Shown one piece after another: positions 50,541 to 64,000 of a DNA stretch of 64,000 nt. The notes under the pieces were generated by a model. The model searched no databases, was not told where the DNA came from, and worked only from the letters and a program-made list of their open reading frames with translations. Source of the stretch: Azolla caroliniana (Eukaryota; Plantae; Polypodiophyta). The position numbers were made by a program, and so were the translations under genes. The stretch spans positions 12,772,001 to 12,836,000 of the forward strand of contig JBHGNT010000021.1 in NCBI GenBank assembly GCA_043228905.1, in the 5' to 3' direction. Numbering within the stretch: the stretch's first letter is position 1; each line of letters starts with the position of its first letter.

Positions 50541-53500
50541 GTGTGAGTCTTTTTCCTCCGGTCACTTTTGGTCTCTGTCTCTCTTTTCCATTCTGTGCAT
50601 GTGTGTTTGCCGCAACATTTCTTTCCTTCATCATCATCATCATCCTGAAGTGGGATCCAATGGAGTAAGTATTGGCATGTGCATTTCCTCTGTTCTTCAT
50701 CATCATGAAGTAGACCCAATGGACAATATTGGAATTAATGCGAGATGAATTCTATATTATAATTGGTAGGGATTCCTTGACCTGTCTGTGGCAAGGTCCA
50801 ATCTGATTTTCAAACTTGCCTTCTGCCTTTTCTTCTTCTTCTTCTTGGCCTTTGTAGACACTCCATAAATTTCGATCCGCACCAGAATAATGAAAATGAA
50901 ATCGAAGCTGACGAAGATCATGCACTACTAATCTGAGTTAACATTGAATATGAAAAATGTATTGCATTTCCCCCATGGTACACATTTCTTCCTCATTAAT
51001 ATATAGCTCATAAATAAAGTTATCCCTATCTATTATATAAACTGTGGTGATTTCTGAGGAAAGTGTTATAAGCTGAATTTCTAGAGGATTTAACAACATT
51101 ATCATCACACTGCATTGCATGTAATATGCTGAGCATCTATGCAACAATGTAATGAAAACAACGAAGCCAGATGCTATATGTACAGCTTTTCCAAATGAAT
51201 TAATTAATGTCGAAACATGCAGTCATGGTCAACTATTCTACTAAGGACATGGATTTACAAAAATCACTTTTCACAACCCAAAGAGCGTTGGGTTGGGTTG
51301 AAAACAGTGGCATTGGTAAGAAGGACATTACGTTTACAGAACATGTGCCAAATTTGCCGTGGTTTACTGATTAGATGTAGAAGAGAGAGGATTGATGGAA
51401 AACCCTTTTGTATGTGCTTCTATATTTATCTTAGCTATTTACTGAGTATGGCATATCTCTCTTCACCTTTCAAGCTGTGACCAACGTGAACTTTTGAAAA
51501 CAAACTGATTCATTTTGGTTTCTAATATTGTGTTCCAAAAAGTTTCCTTTGTGAAGGCCAAGTGATGTCGTTGAGAAAATGTTCCCTTTAATAGAACCAT
51601 GAGGAAAAGTTGAGACTTGCATCAAACTTCTATATATACCAAGGATTCTAACATGCATAAAACTCCAACTTTGTTGAGTGTGGCAACATTTTTCCTTCAG
51701 GGTTTTTGAAATTCAGAAAATCACTGTTCCTGTATACACTTGTATCATTCTTACAATCTATATAAGTAATGAAGTATTTTTTCGGATCACCTTGTTCTGT
51801 TTAATAAGATATATAAATAATTAACACATGTATTGCAGCTTCAGCACACAATAAAACTAGAATCATTTACACCATTTTTGTTGTGGATGATGTATGTTTA
51901 GCTTTCATGAATTATTGAATACCATACTAATATTTGCTCCCTTAAACTGGGCTTTGTCATGTTGCTCTACTATACTAGACTGCTTGCTGATCAGGAAGTG
52001 GGGACCTCTGGATCCTAGTGTGGTAAGGCGTTATTTGAATGGCGTGTGCAATTCCTTCTCATAAAAGAAAGTCAATGTTTTTTTCTGTTTTCTTAATGTC
52101 CTGTTTACTTTTCTTCTTGATGCCCAGAGAGATTCAAAGTATATCCTTTCTTTGCTCACAAAGGCAGCAACAGAACCCCTCCCTGAAGGAATAGTCATTC
52201 CAGAGTCCTTTGAAGACCTCATTACGGAGGTTAGGACAAAGACTTTGGATAGCCGAACTTCACTTATAAAACTCAAGGCCATGGTTTGCTCACATCCTTT
52301 CATATGCCATTGATACTATAATCGATAGTTTCTCCTTACCAATCTGACCAACGATCTCTCTTGTTTTTCTAAGGTGGAAGCGTCTGATAAACGAGCGAAA
52401 CAAGCAAAGGTTCAAGAGACATTGTACAGGCACTTTGCATCAACAGGAATTCCCAAAGGTTTACACTGTTTATCTCTGAAACTAACAACCGAATACACTT
52501 CGAATGCGAGAGCCCGATGTGAGTTGCCATCGCCGGAGCTAGTGCCCCATCTGGTAAACAACAGTTTCCATCACTTCGTCATGGCTACAGACAATGTGCT
52601 TGCAGCCTCTGTTGTTGTGTCATCGATGGTAAAGAATGCGAAAAAACCCTCGATGGTCGTCTTTCATGTTATCACTGACAGGAAAACCTATGCAGCTATG
52701 CATGCATGGTTTGCATTGTACCCTCTACCACCAGCCATTGTCGAGGTGAAAGGTGTTCATCAATTCCCTTGGTTAACAAAGGAACATGTTCCTGTACTAG
52801 AGGCTCTAGAAAATCACAACAATCTTCTGTGGTACTACCACGGAGATCATGCTACTGGGGCAGATTTTAATGACTCGCCGAAGCTACTTGCATCAAAGCT
52901 GCAAGCTCGTAGTCCTACGTACATCTCAATATTGAACCATCTCCGCATATATCTCCCAGAGGTAATGTTTTATCTTAAAAACTAGTGTATTTATGGTAAA
53001 ATCTACTGCTAGCATGTTTTGTCACTGTTTTAACTTTAGGGGTAAAATGTTTATGCATTCAAAAACGTATTGTGCTTCTGTTATCGGACAGAAAAGGTTT
53101 CGGTTTAATCATTTCTTACAGGATAGGAAAGGAAAAGCTAGGAGACTAGACTGCCAGCCTGCCAATCACATATTATTTTGCATAGGAATGAAAAGGAAGC
53201 TGGAAGGAAGTAAGAAATTTGCCAAATCGTTGCTACATTGGTTTATTAGAAAGTGGTAGAGGTTTTGGTTTTGTGCTAGCCAACATTGATTAGATATCTG
53301 TGCATCACTCTGAACTGAGACACAGTTGCTGAATTTAGCTGCAGATTCAAACTTATGTCTGCACAGTTTCAATTAACTTTTGTTTGTCCCTTCACAAACG
53401 ATCTTTACTCTGGTGAGACTTGACATGTTTTCTAGCTAGAGTAGATTCTTGGATAACTCATGTCAATATTAAATAATGCTGGGTTATCTCGACATTTCTT

Positions 53501-56500
53501 CTTTGAATGAGCCTCACATCAAAATATGTGTAGGACACTTACTACATGAGTTTTTGACTCTGCATAGCACAGATTCTTTTGAACACTTAAGATTCTTCAC
53601 CCTTTTCTTAAGGCTTTCGTCCACAATGGGGTTGCATTCGTCTTATGCGGGCCAATGGGTTGCACCCTGTCATGGCTCATTAGAAGCATTGGCATATCAC
53701 ACTCTGGTACAATTAACTTTGCATTTTCAAATGCCTATCCCAAATTGTGTTTTGACACCTGGTCCTTTACCTGTACTCTGTTATGCTGCCAACTTGTGCT
53801 CTTTTAGTGGAAGTATTTGCTTAAAAGTAAAATTCTTTGCATGTCATCATGGCTTCATTGAATGGCTTATGCAAGGATTTTCTACAGTGTCTACTTAGTC
53901 AAATGCTAAACTAAACATAATTGCATTGGTCACCATGTTGGAAATTGATTGTGGATTGATGTATATTACAATAATCATTACTACCTAAACAAAATTAATT
54001 ATCATTATCCAGAAAGTGAGACAGTTGTTATGCTATGTCGTACAATGAGCGCATGTATATAGTGAAGATGAGGAGAGTGGGATAGTCAAAAGCATCAAAT
54101 GCGAACAAACCCAAATCCCAATGTACCCATTTGCACTTGGCTGCCGGATGATGTCATTGGTTGGGTAAGACAAGCAACAGGGAGGAGAAGTCTTAATGTA
54201 GACCATCATTTTTTGCCTTAACTTATGAACCATGGTTGAGAATGGATTCAGTTGAGACCCCTTGTATGGTTGATATTCTGGGGAAGACTTTTTTGCTTTT
54301 TTTGCCAAGAGAACTTGATGACTCAAGTTACCTGTGACAAGATGGTTTTATTTGTGATTCTGTTGAACACATTGTGTTGATTGCTTTCCATTAAGCTCTT
54401 ACCCTGGATCATATGACAGAAGTTTATTACTTTTGAGATCAGAAAGGCAAGGATCTTATTTTCCATCTTTGAAAGAAAGAAGCCTGTGAGACCAAACAAG
54501 AGACTATATTTTAAATGTTGTCTCTCATCTTTAAGAACAAACCAAAATAAATATGACTAAATATATGGTAGCAAAGAGTCTCATTAGCTAAGCACTTAAG
54601 ATTCTGGTCTTGGATAGACTGAAACTTCCACGTTTGAAAGATATCAAACATGGGCCGATCCAAGATGGAAGCGTCTCTTAAGCAAGGAAAGCACCATCCG
54701 TGCAGGGATATAATAGGCTTTATTTGTTAATGATGACTGATGGGACTGTGGTCTAGATGACTAGGGCCTATGTGCACTCCAAATCACTATTGCCCAAATC
54801 TATTGTAACCACTTTGGAGTGATGGAACCAAAGAAAGTTGTATGGTTATTTGTGGATCAGTTGCCGTGCTTGTATTGCTGTCTTTCAATAGTTGCTTTCT
54901 CTCTCTTGAGTCCTAGCAAGAATAGACCCAAGTACCATCATTCTGTATTCCATTGCCTTGCATAGTGGGCCAAGGCCTTGTTTGAATAGGCGGTGGTATC
55001 TCCTTCTCATTTCTTAAAAATGCATAATGGCAAACATATTGTTCTATCAATTCCATCCCTGATCGTGCAATTTGCAGACCATCCTTTTATAGATCTGTGG
55101 GCATGTGTGCCTATGTCAATCTTCAACTGATGTGAAAAGGTCCTTAGCTGCCCTTTCATACTATGTAGTGTATGTCATAGATGTGTATACATAGATAAAG
55201 TCCTGATGATTAATCCATCTTATGCTGTATGTCTTATAGTGGGCCATTTTCCTACCAAGATATGTTGTGGGGTTGACCCATGTTCTTGCATTATTCAAAA
55301 TTTAAGATAACAGATCAAATCACCGTATCATTTTCCACTGTTGTCATGTCCAAATTTGGACAATCCAAGCTATATTGGACAGGGTAATGCATTTATATTT
55401 TATGCTGTTTTTGCATTTTAGCTTATCAAGAATGATTATCTCCATATTCAACCAGTTGTTTTAATGACATGTATCCTTGACTTGAGTACCCGTGCTTTGG
55501 GAGCTCCCAAATCCATTGAATACCAGTCACTGATCAGAATAATACCTCAATCAATATTGGGACTAATCTCATCGCCACCTAGGGTTCTATCATGGGCCAC
55601 CAATATTTTCCTCATTATTGTATGGCAATCATCAAGACTAATGGTCTCTCCAAATCTATCTAGTCATAGAAGGCTCTGTCCCCAAGTTCCTGCTCTGTAG
55701 AAAAGAGTTGTTATGAGTGTATCAAACCACACCTTAGTTCATGGTTCTTTGAATTGTGTATGTTGACATTGTTTTACGAAAGGGCTGGATATACATGAGA
55801 AAGCTGAGCACAATAGCCCTCTATGCAGAGAACTGAGGTCCTGTGAATGTTACTCCTAGGTTTCTATAGGATTCTGCGTATGCCACTTTTTCCTCTGCCA
55901 AGAAGAATGCTGTGTCTGATCTTGTTACCCATGCATGAATGGTGTTAAACACCATAACTTGAGTTTGATCAAGGTTTATTGACAAATCTGTCTAGACACA
56001 AAATGATTCTAAAGCAACTTGATGGTTTTGTAGTCTCTTTAGGTAGTTGGAGATTGACACAATGCCATCGGCATTTGGTAATATTTGTATTACCATCCTT
56101 GCTGACCTCCAGCAACCCATTAGGGCATACACTTTTCAGGACATTGATGCATATAGTGAATGGATTCCCCGTTGCATATCTTTTGGGACGCTAAGGGCTT
56201 CTAGTCACTGCATGAGCCAGGCATGTGAAAGAAAGAAACAAGAGCTAAGATGAAATGTCTCTAGCTGAAAGGGCAATTTAATCTATATCAAACGCCAAGA
56301 AGATGATAACACCTTGATGAATTTCGAAAAACATTAAAAGAAATCTTGGAAACTCAAGTGTTGTCCGCTTTATCAAAGCCATCCAATTGTAGACTGCTCC
56401 CAATTGGAGCCAAATATCTCCGGTTCAGATAGCTTCATTACATTTCAATCAAAGCCAGAGTAAAATTGCGGAAGATAATAGCATGACTCCAGACATTTAG

Positions 56501-58945
56501 CTGATCTCATGTTCTGTTTGTTGTTCGTAAATAATCCTTTTAGTTGATGAGGATGGCGAAGAATCCGTTTGTCCTTGGGAAAGAAGGTTGAGAAATTGTT
56601 CAGATACCATCCCAGAGAAAATGTTTAGACACCATCCCAGAGAAAATGTTCAGACAGCATCCTAAACAAATCATTTGTTTCAAGTACTGACTTATCAATA
56701 CCTTGCATATAGCATAATGTTCTACCCTTCTAATTGTCTAGCTGAGGAAAATTGTGGCAAAGCTGTGATCAACCTTTCCATCCATTGTAAAAACTTTATT
56801 TATAGTCTTTATCCAAAGAATCCTTAGGAATTCTATACACCATCTCTTCTGCCAATAGGTCACAATTGTGATGTAGTTATTGGTGAGGCAAGAATCTATC
56901 AAAAGAGCTATACTGTTATTCCTCTTGGCTGGAACCGAAACAGTCCCACCTTGCATTCCTCTTTGTTATGAGTGGGTTGAGCACTTTCACTCAGAAACAC
57001 ACTGATCTTTCAGTGCCCTCTTGAACCCCAATATTCGCAGATTGCTTTTAAATGGTTTGCAAATTCCCAAAGATGTAGGATCTAAAGCCTACAGCTCTGA
57101 TATGATGTCAAGAATGGCTCCAACAGCAGGCTTGAGTATATGCAAATCTAAAACAAGAGTTTGAGATTGACACAAAAACGAAAATGTCCTGCACAAGAGA
57201 GAGAGATGTTTCCACAAGGACCATGGGTGAGTGAGAACTGAGGCTCATGACTACGCACAACTAGCTAATCCACAAGAAAATGAAGATTAATAAAGTAGAA
57301 CAAACTTGAAGTCTTAAATAGGAAAGAACTCAACAAAGTTTTGTTAAATGGAGAACTCGTTGATAATAATGTTGACACATGGGTATTTTCTTTGTTTACT
57401 TTGTGCGTCAATGGATGGTGACAAAATCGGTTGTAAGAGAAAACAATGTGCATACATAATTTTTTAATTGATACTTCCAAGTTCATGTGATCACAGCAGA
57501 GAGAAAAAAAAGTTCCAAATTTACTGTGTAGAAGCTTATAATTTTTTTTTGATATACAGCTGTTTCCAGAGCTAAAAAAAGTGGTATTTTTGGATGATGA
57601 TGTTGTTATTCAACATGACCTTTCTGGACTCTGGGATATTGACTTAGAAGGAAAAGTCAATGGAGCAGTAGAGACATGTAGAGGAGATGATCCTAGAGTG
57701 ATGTCCAAACACTTCAGGACATACTTCAATTTCCAAAATCCTCTTATTGCAAAGAACTTTGATCCAGAAAAGTGTGCCTGGGCATATGGGATGAATATTT
57801 TTGATTTGGAAGCATGGAGGAAATCTGACATCACAAAAGTTTATCATCACTGGGTCAAACAGGTAAATAATTTTTGTATTTATCCTGAAATATCTGGTTC
57901 TTGGTATTTGGTGACTTTTAAGTGTATGTTATGATGCTTTGGTACAAGTGTTTGTGATTAGAGCAATATTTGAACAATGAATGCGACATAATGAAATTCA
58001 TTACTTGTCTTTATAAATAGTTGGTAAGGAGCTGGATAAATTTGAAATTTTCATTGATTGGTTCAGCTATTCACAATGTTATATACGTAATTCTAATATT
58101 ATGGTTGTGCTATAGTTTTGGACGAGGTGATAGAATTATCTGTTTAAAACACCCATTGGCATATAAAAAATAAGGATAAACAACTCAGGGAAATGGTTCA
58201 TGTCCATAGGATTACTTTTTCTGAATGCTAGATTACTGACCTTTCACATATCCTTTGGCAGTAATAATATGATAGTGTTTGACAAAATCTGTGGTTGTTG
58301 AGATAAAGCCTTAGGTTAAGTTGATTTTGAATGAGACTCACGTATAATATGCATATATTTCTTTAAGTACACATAGATTTAAACTTTTGGTTTACATATT
58401 TATATTCAATGGTACCTCTCTTACTACTCTTATTGCATGTTTATATCACAAATGCATGTTTTTAAGTTGTAAATGATAAGCTGAACTACGCTTATTCCTG
58501 TTGGGCTTATTCATACTGTTGGGCTTATTCATACCTATATATGTACCTGAATTGATGACTTCAGTTTCTTCATTCTTAGATAGAAAGAAATCAAAGAATG
58601 TCTTTGAAGTTTCTAAAACATTTTTTGATTGTGTGGTTTGCTTTTGATGTGTTTGTGCAGAATATTAATTCAAATCTTACATTGTGGCGGCTTGGAACTC
58701 TTCCTCCTTCACTGATTGCCTTTGATGGGTATGTACATCCCATTGATCCTTCATGGCACATGTTGGGATTAGGCTACCAACCTGAGACAGATCTCGAGAC
58801 TGCACAACATGCGGCTGTAATTCATTACAATGGGCAAGCAAAACCATGGCTTGACATTGCATTTCCAGAGTTGAAACTTTTCTGGACAAAGTATGTAAAC
58901 TACTCCAATGAGTTCATTCAGCATTGTAACATTCTCGCTTCCTAA
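50339..58945 (+). CDS. GAUT: Galacturonosyltransferase (GT8), GAUT12/13/14 clade; six coding exons, 525 aa
   Basis: join(50339-50540,51979-52022,52128-52283,52374-52961,57560-57862,58661-58945) = 1578 nt, all GT-AG and phase-consistent. N-terminus MHVHISPSMSRITIS + TM; IPKGLHCLSLKL; TDNVLAASVVV; LNHLRIYLPELFP; VFLDDDVV; LWRLGTLPP; HYNGQAKPWL. Exact orthologue not resolvable. Confidence 0.95.
51979..52022 (+). CDS. GAUT: GAUT coding exon 2
   Basis: TAG|AC TGC (DCLLIRKWGPLDPSV)|GTAAG. Confidence 0.8.
52128..52283 (+). CDS. GAUT: GAUT coding exon 3
   Basis: CAG|RDSK...IPESFEDLI...KLKAM|GT. Confidence 0.88.
52374..52961 (+). CDS. GAUT: GAUT coding exon 4
   Basis: ORF 52374-52985 up to YLPE|GTAAT. 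Confidence 0.95.
54700..57100 (-). mobile_element. Heavily decayed LINE-like relic in GAUT intron 4 (boundaries approximate)
   Basis: Weak RT-like fragments (MQGG..VP..N; KVDHSF) in ORF 56738-56956; no intact frame. Confidence 0.4.
57560..57862 (+). CDS. GAUT: GAUT coding exon 5 (DxD motif)
   Basis: CAG|LFPELKKVVFLDDD...HWVKQ|GTAAAT. Confidence 0.95.
58661..58945 (+). CDS. GAUT: GAUT coding exon 6
   Basis: CAG|NINSNLTLWRLGTLPP...CNILAS*. Confidence 0.95.
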   Translation, partial: NINSNLTLWRLGTLPPSLIAFDGYVHPIDPSWHMLGLGYQPETDLETAQHAAVIHYNGQAKPWLDIAFPELKLFWTKYVNYSNEFIQHCNILAS

Positions 58946-59448
58946 CGTAACGATATATATATTTTTTGTTTTTGGGGATGGAATAAATCATTCTTTTGAG
59001 TCTCACTACTACAGTGACTAGGTGGCACTTCAATTCAATTTGGAATTCTCTATCCTAATATGTATCTATAATCAAAAGACACAGACGAATGAAATGTAGA
59101 AATTTGAGATGAGCATACATATTATATTTATTGGAAGAAGCTGAATAAACTGTTTTTTATATGAAAGCTGCATTCTTTTCTTACATTTTGGTCTTAAAAT
59201 TAGATGACGATTTGAATCCTACCTAAATAGGATAAAAGGCATGTTCAAATAGACAAAGTAATAGTTAAGCTGAGAATAAATGCTATTCTTCTGCTTGTTC
59301 ATAACACTGTCCGTTTCAATCTTAACCCTTACATATATATACATATACATACACACACACACACACACACACATATAATGTAAATACTCAGACATTAAGA
59401 GAGACCTTTTTGTAATTAATTTGATCTTGAATCTGGGCAGTAGAAACT

Positions 59449-60430
59449 ATGTCAAGAAACAACAATTCATATATGACGTGCATGTGGAAGTTAATGGCTC
59501 TTCTATTGGAGTTACCCGACCTTAAAGATATGGTCAATAAAAGATTACCAAAGCCTGCAAACACTGACATTGTGACACTTGAAGCATGGATTTATGAAGA
59601 CAACAGGGCTCAATTGGATATTGTAGCCAACATTAGTGATTGTTTAGATGAGGTGATATCGGATGTAAACCCCTCCCCAAAAAGAGTATGAAATCTTTCA
59701 CAAATCAATGGTTGAGAACCCTCGATTATGCAATTGTTCCTCTTTGCAACCTCCCAAGGTCATGAAGTGCCTTGCAAAAGACTAAGTTGTCTCCTACACA
59801 ATGCAAAGGATGAAATAAAAACTACGAAACAAGAGGTATGGCGGGCTAGAGCACTCACACTCACTTCTACCAAAGGAGGCAAGTGTAAATGTATGCCCAA
59901 GGAGTCATCAAATTGAAATTCAACTTGAAACAATGAAGATACCCTCCGATGAACTTTGATCAACACCAAAGTCAAGAGATTGATACAATGACTTACATAT
60001 GTTATTATTATGATAAACAAGGACATAGAGAAAAGGGATGTAAAAAAGAAAATATTTGGCATGTGAAGCAAACAAAGAAGAATTCAAGTGCACAATGTCG
60101 TTGTAGAAGGAGCTGATGTATCCATTCAAGCATTCATGATTGGGATAGATGCCTTAAATGGCAAAGAATGACATAAGGCAAGACATGGAAAATTGTTTCC
60201 CCTTTGCACCATTTAAACAACAATAAATATTGGCTTCATGACCACCAAGCTTTGGTGACACGACACACCTATCATAATATATATGGTTGTTTGATACTCG
60301 CTCAAGGCACCATTTAAAACACAACAAAGATTGTTTGCATGACTATCAAGCTTTGCCACTTCGAATGACAATAAAAGAGAGATAGTACATGGAAGATATA
60401 CGAAACTTCTACAACTTTCATACAACAACA
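59449..60430 (+). pseudogene. Old Copia gag/pol relic
   Basis: NSY..WKLMALL...DLKDMV...W..EDNRAQ resembles the Copia gag N-terminus; downstream very degraded. Confidence 0.5.
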
Positions 60431-61634
60431 TTCTAAATGTGGTCGTTTAATTATTTATAATATTGATGGTTGTACAATTAGGGCATGTGAGGACATAGAA
60501 GTTCAATGAATAGAATTTATTTTGAGCCACAATTGACATAACATCAATTGTGAAACAATCTTTCAAGGCAAAAAAATAATTCAATAGTGAAACTTATTGA
60601 AGCCCAAACTAAACTAAGTTGCTAAGAAAAAAGACTACATTTGCCCTTTTAAATAGGATTAGGTTAGTTGCTAACTATTTTAGAACAAGCTCACAAAAGT
60701 ACAAAATTAAAATATCCTAAAAATAGTAAACTTTATAGAATACCAAAATTAGCCATATTGACTTTTCAAATTTGATGGTTTGAAGACATTTATTTCCTTC
60801 TAAATTATAGCTTGGTCAAAATCCGAACACGCAACAACAATTTCAATTTTCAATACTTCCTAAATGTTTTGAACATGCATCTTAACAAGGTCAACAAACA
60901 TAAACATTATACTTAACCATTTAATTAAAATAGATTGGCAATGCAAATTCAAGCGCTCAAGTCTAAGAAGGTTAGTCAAGTCAAGAAGAACCTTTGCTAC
61001 ATGGGAGCTTCCCTCATATTGCTATTGATGTTTCCATGTTGCACAACCTCTTTATTACATTACATTAACACTGACAGCCCAACCCAAAACTTACGCTTTA
61101 ATGTAAGTATCGATATCCATTAATCATCATTTCCAAATACTGTTACAACAATGCTTGTGCATTGTCAACCACAACCTTTGTCTAATGGGAACTTCCCACA
61201 TATTGCTATTCATATTGTAAAACCTCTTAATATCACACCATTGAAACCTTACTACGTTGTGATGGTACCATTATCCAATAATTATTATTTCCGTATAAGC
61301 ATGTTGGTTGGAGTTTCCTTTAATGCGTCAATGTGAGAAGCAAAATATATTTTTAAAGAAATGACATCTATCACACTATCTATGAAGTCAAGCTTAGTTC
61401 AGTTGTCAGAGCAAAGGAATGTAGTTGGCTTAAAGTAATCCTTAAGTCACCGGTTTGAACCTGAAAGTAAAATCTAATAATCACACCTACTAATAAACAT
61501 GCCTTGCCATTGCAATATGTGTTCCGGATTGTAAAACTTCTTATCCAATGAGGTGTGTTTGTTGATATTTTGGTGTGGAATAACCTTACCAATAATCATT
61601 AAGCTATTAACTTTCGATAATAAATAGTACATGG

Positions 61635-62700
61635 TGTCAGGGGCGTAGCCAAGAACAAGATAGTGGCGATAGAAGAGAATAAGAAAAGAAGAAAGAAATA
61701 AGAAGAGAATGCAATTATATTGAAACAAGGACAAGATTACAAAAATATGCCAAAGATTGGCGTTGAACTAGATCCATGCATGCGCAACACCTTGCATATA
61801 TTGGTTAAAGCTTAGTCTATATAGTAAGGGTCATATGTTTCAATCCCCATTATGACCATGGTATAATATATATATTTATGGAATTTTTTTTACATCGATG
61901 GACATGCCAACATCCCTTTCCTTTGACAATGAGTTCCATGCATGCACACCGCCTTGCATATATTGGTTAAAGCTTAGTCTATATAGTAAGGGTCATATGT
62001 TTCAATCCCCATTATGACCATGGTATAATATATATATATTTATGGAATTTTTTTACATCGATGGACATGCCAACATCCCTTTCCTTTGACAATGAGTTCC
62101 ATGATTTGTAATGCAAGAACTAGGACTTAATTTACAAGGATATCAAAGATGAAATTGAACTACAACTTTTGTAGCATTAGCGAGATTCTCAACAAGCTCC
62201 CAAGTTTGACCATTAGGTATATATTAAGTATGTATGTTGTGCATAACTTTGGAATCCAAAATGGTTTTCAATTCATATTCTAGACCATCAACAAGCTCAA
62301 CATGAATGGAACTTGAAGCATAAGGTTCTAAAGGTGATGCATGAAACATTGGATGAAGATGCGAATGAAGAGGGAGATTGAGACAAAACACAACCTCATT
62401 GATTTGGTTAGTGATAATGGATGGGCCAATTTTCATAATCCAACTTGTTCTAAAGTCAAGTGGTCTTTATGTTACTTCTTAAGATCCATGAACACGATGC
62501 CCAACTGGAAACTTAGGTCTTTCAAGATGATGGCGATTTGTGAACTTTGTGTGGCTTGAGCAATTATTTTCAAACAATGGAAAAGAGCAATGTGAACCTC
62601 ATGTATTTGAAGTAGACCATTTTTAGCAATTGGATTTTTGGACATTTCTAAATGTTCAAGCATCGTCCAATGGGGATGACATACTGGGTCACATGGAAAG
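61635..62700 (-). mobile_element. Old chromovirus relic (LTR remnant + integrase C-terminus/chromodomain)
   Basis: IGP..I...INEVVF.LNLP....HPMFHASPLEPY...LEYELKTILDSK; AAGATTGGCGTTGAAC matches the LTR at 12640-12655. Confidence 0.7.
61774..62103. repeat. ~163-bp near-identical tandem duplication
   Basis: Units 61774-61935 and 61936-62098, bounded by CCATG microhomology. Confidence 0.9.
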
Positions 62701-64000
62701 GTCTACAATGACTCTCACCATTTAATTAAACAAAGGTTAACTACAAATTCTAGACGAACTAACTTGACATGAGATTAGGGCTCATTGTGAATGAGAAGAG
62801 ATGCGAAGAGATGCAAAACACAAGAACTGGGTGACATAATGTAAAATAAGGCATCAAAGAATGCCAAAGTTAGAAATAGTTAAAATGTCAACGAAGTATA
62901 AAAACAACTTTATTAACATTTATATAAGCAAGAGTTCCATAAATGTCATTATGCATTGACCTCTCTTATTAGCCTACCCTAATATCCATAAGACAATCTA
63001 ATCTTTGTAATTTCTTGAAGAGCACGAGGATGTGTGTATGATAGTGGTTGAGGAACACAAAGGCTTGCTTCGTAATATTCTTTTTTGTGATTTCTTAATG
63101 TTCTTTGTATGTTTGATTTAAGAATGATTAAACAGTAAAGTTAATTCTAGTAGGATATTATCATATTAACTTTTTTTTTGTTTAATATTGAGGTTATGAG
63201 TCTTTAAGAGAGTTCTCTAATGAAAGTTGGTATGCTCAAAGGTGGATTGACACCCAAACTTTGCCTGCACAAAGGAAAGTACTAGTTAGTCATGAGAACA
63301 TGTGACAATCAATAAGCCTACGCCCTTAAGATCGTGTTAAATGATCTTAAGTAGAGCACTAAGAGTTAATGGTAAGAGGTGTGAGCATGACATTCAGGTA
63401 GAATGCAACTCAAGAGACCTTTACACCCCTCTTCAATGCATTGTACTTAAGTATAGCTTTTGGGTTGTTTAACTAGAATTTTCTTGTACTTTTTGTTCTT
63501 ACAAGAGTAGAGAATTGAAGGATAGGTAACACTTGGCAAGTCAATATACACAAGTAGCGTCCAAAGCGTTATCGGCAATAGTGACAAGCCTTGATGTAGA
63601 ACACCGCTTAGGGAAATCTTACTTCCTCTTCCTTCCAAGATGGTAAACAACATATGATAGCTTTTGGCGAGAATAACTTCATTTGTTTTTGTAGCTATTG
63701 TGCTTGCAAAACTTGAGATCGAAGGTTACTCAAAGTGGTAGACTGACATACATGGTTTAAAACTCACACATTGACCCAAGGAGAGCCAAAAATGGTACTT
63801 ATGACTGTCCTACTTGGAAAATGGTTAATTTTGGTTCCACATGTCATATTTGATCTTTGACAATAATAAAATCTATTTCTCACTTCCCAAGTTAGGGTTG
63901 AAATGAGCCTCCATGTAAGTAGAATTTGTAAGTTATTAGGAAAAAACAAAATTGGGCCAATAAATGTAGATTTTATTTGTCTTCTGAAAATTAAAATTGT

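Noticed and set aside
52993-54326. Short ORFs in GAUT intron 4 as extra exons
   Set aside because: Exons 4 and 5 join in frame as YLPE-LFP, the conserved GT8 sequence.

Overview
Eukaryotic plant DNA. A non-seed plant such as a fern is inferred from the Tcn1-type chromovirus and fungal-like Gypsy content. Positions 1-44.7 kb are a deeply nested, decayed LTR-retrotransposon cluster. It holds Ty1/Copia elements and solo LTRs, a tRNA-Trp-primed Gypsy family with 4-bp TSDs, a rearranged Tcn1-like chromovirus block, a small non-coding LTR element, and a full-length Athila/OTA-like Gypsy element with an extra ORF. Most boundaries and TSDs can be read directly from the sequence. Positions 44.7-64 kb are AT-rich and contain one intact six-exon galacturonosyltransferase gene (GT8, GAUT12/13/14 clade; CDS 50339-58945, 525 aa) plus old TE relics. 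The most striking observation is the Gypsy element at 31996-41285. It has no polypurine tract; in its place is an inverted second tRNA-Arg primer-binding site, which suggests tRNA (or tRNA-mimic) priming of both DNA strands. Other notable signals are Tf1-like self-priming geometry and antisense tRNA-like A/B boxes in chromovirus-type LTRs, and an RT-less element whose integrase stays in frame with the gag-PR -1 frameshift. All calls were made by eye, with no database searches.
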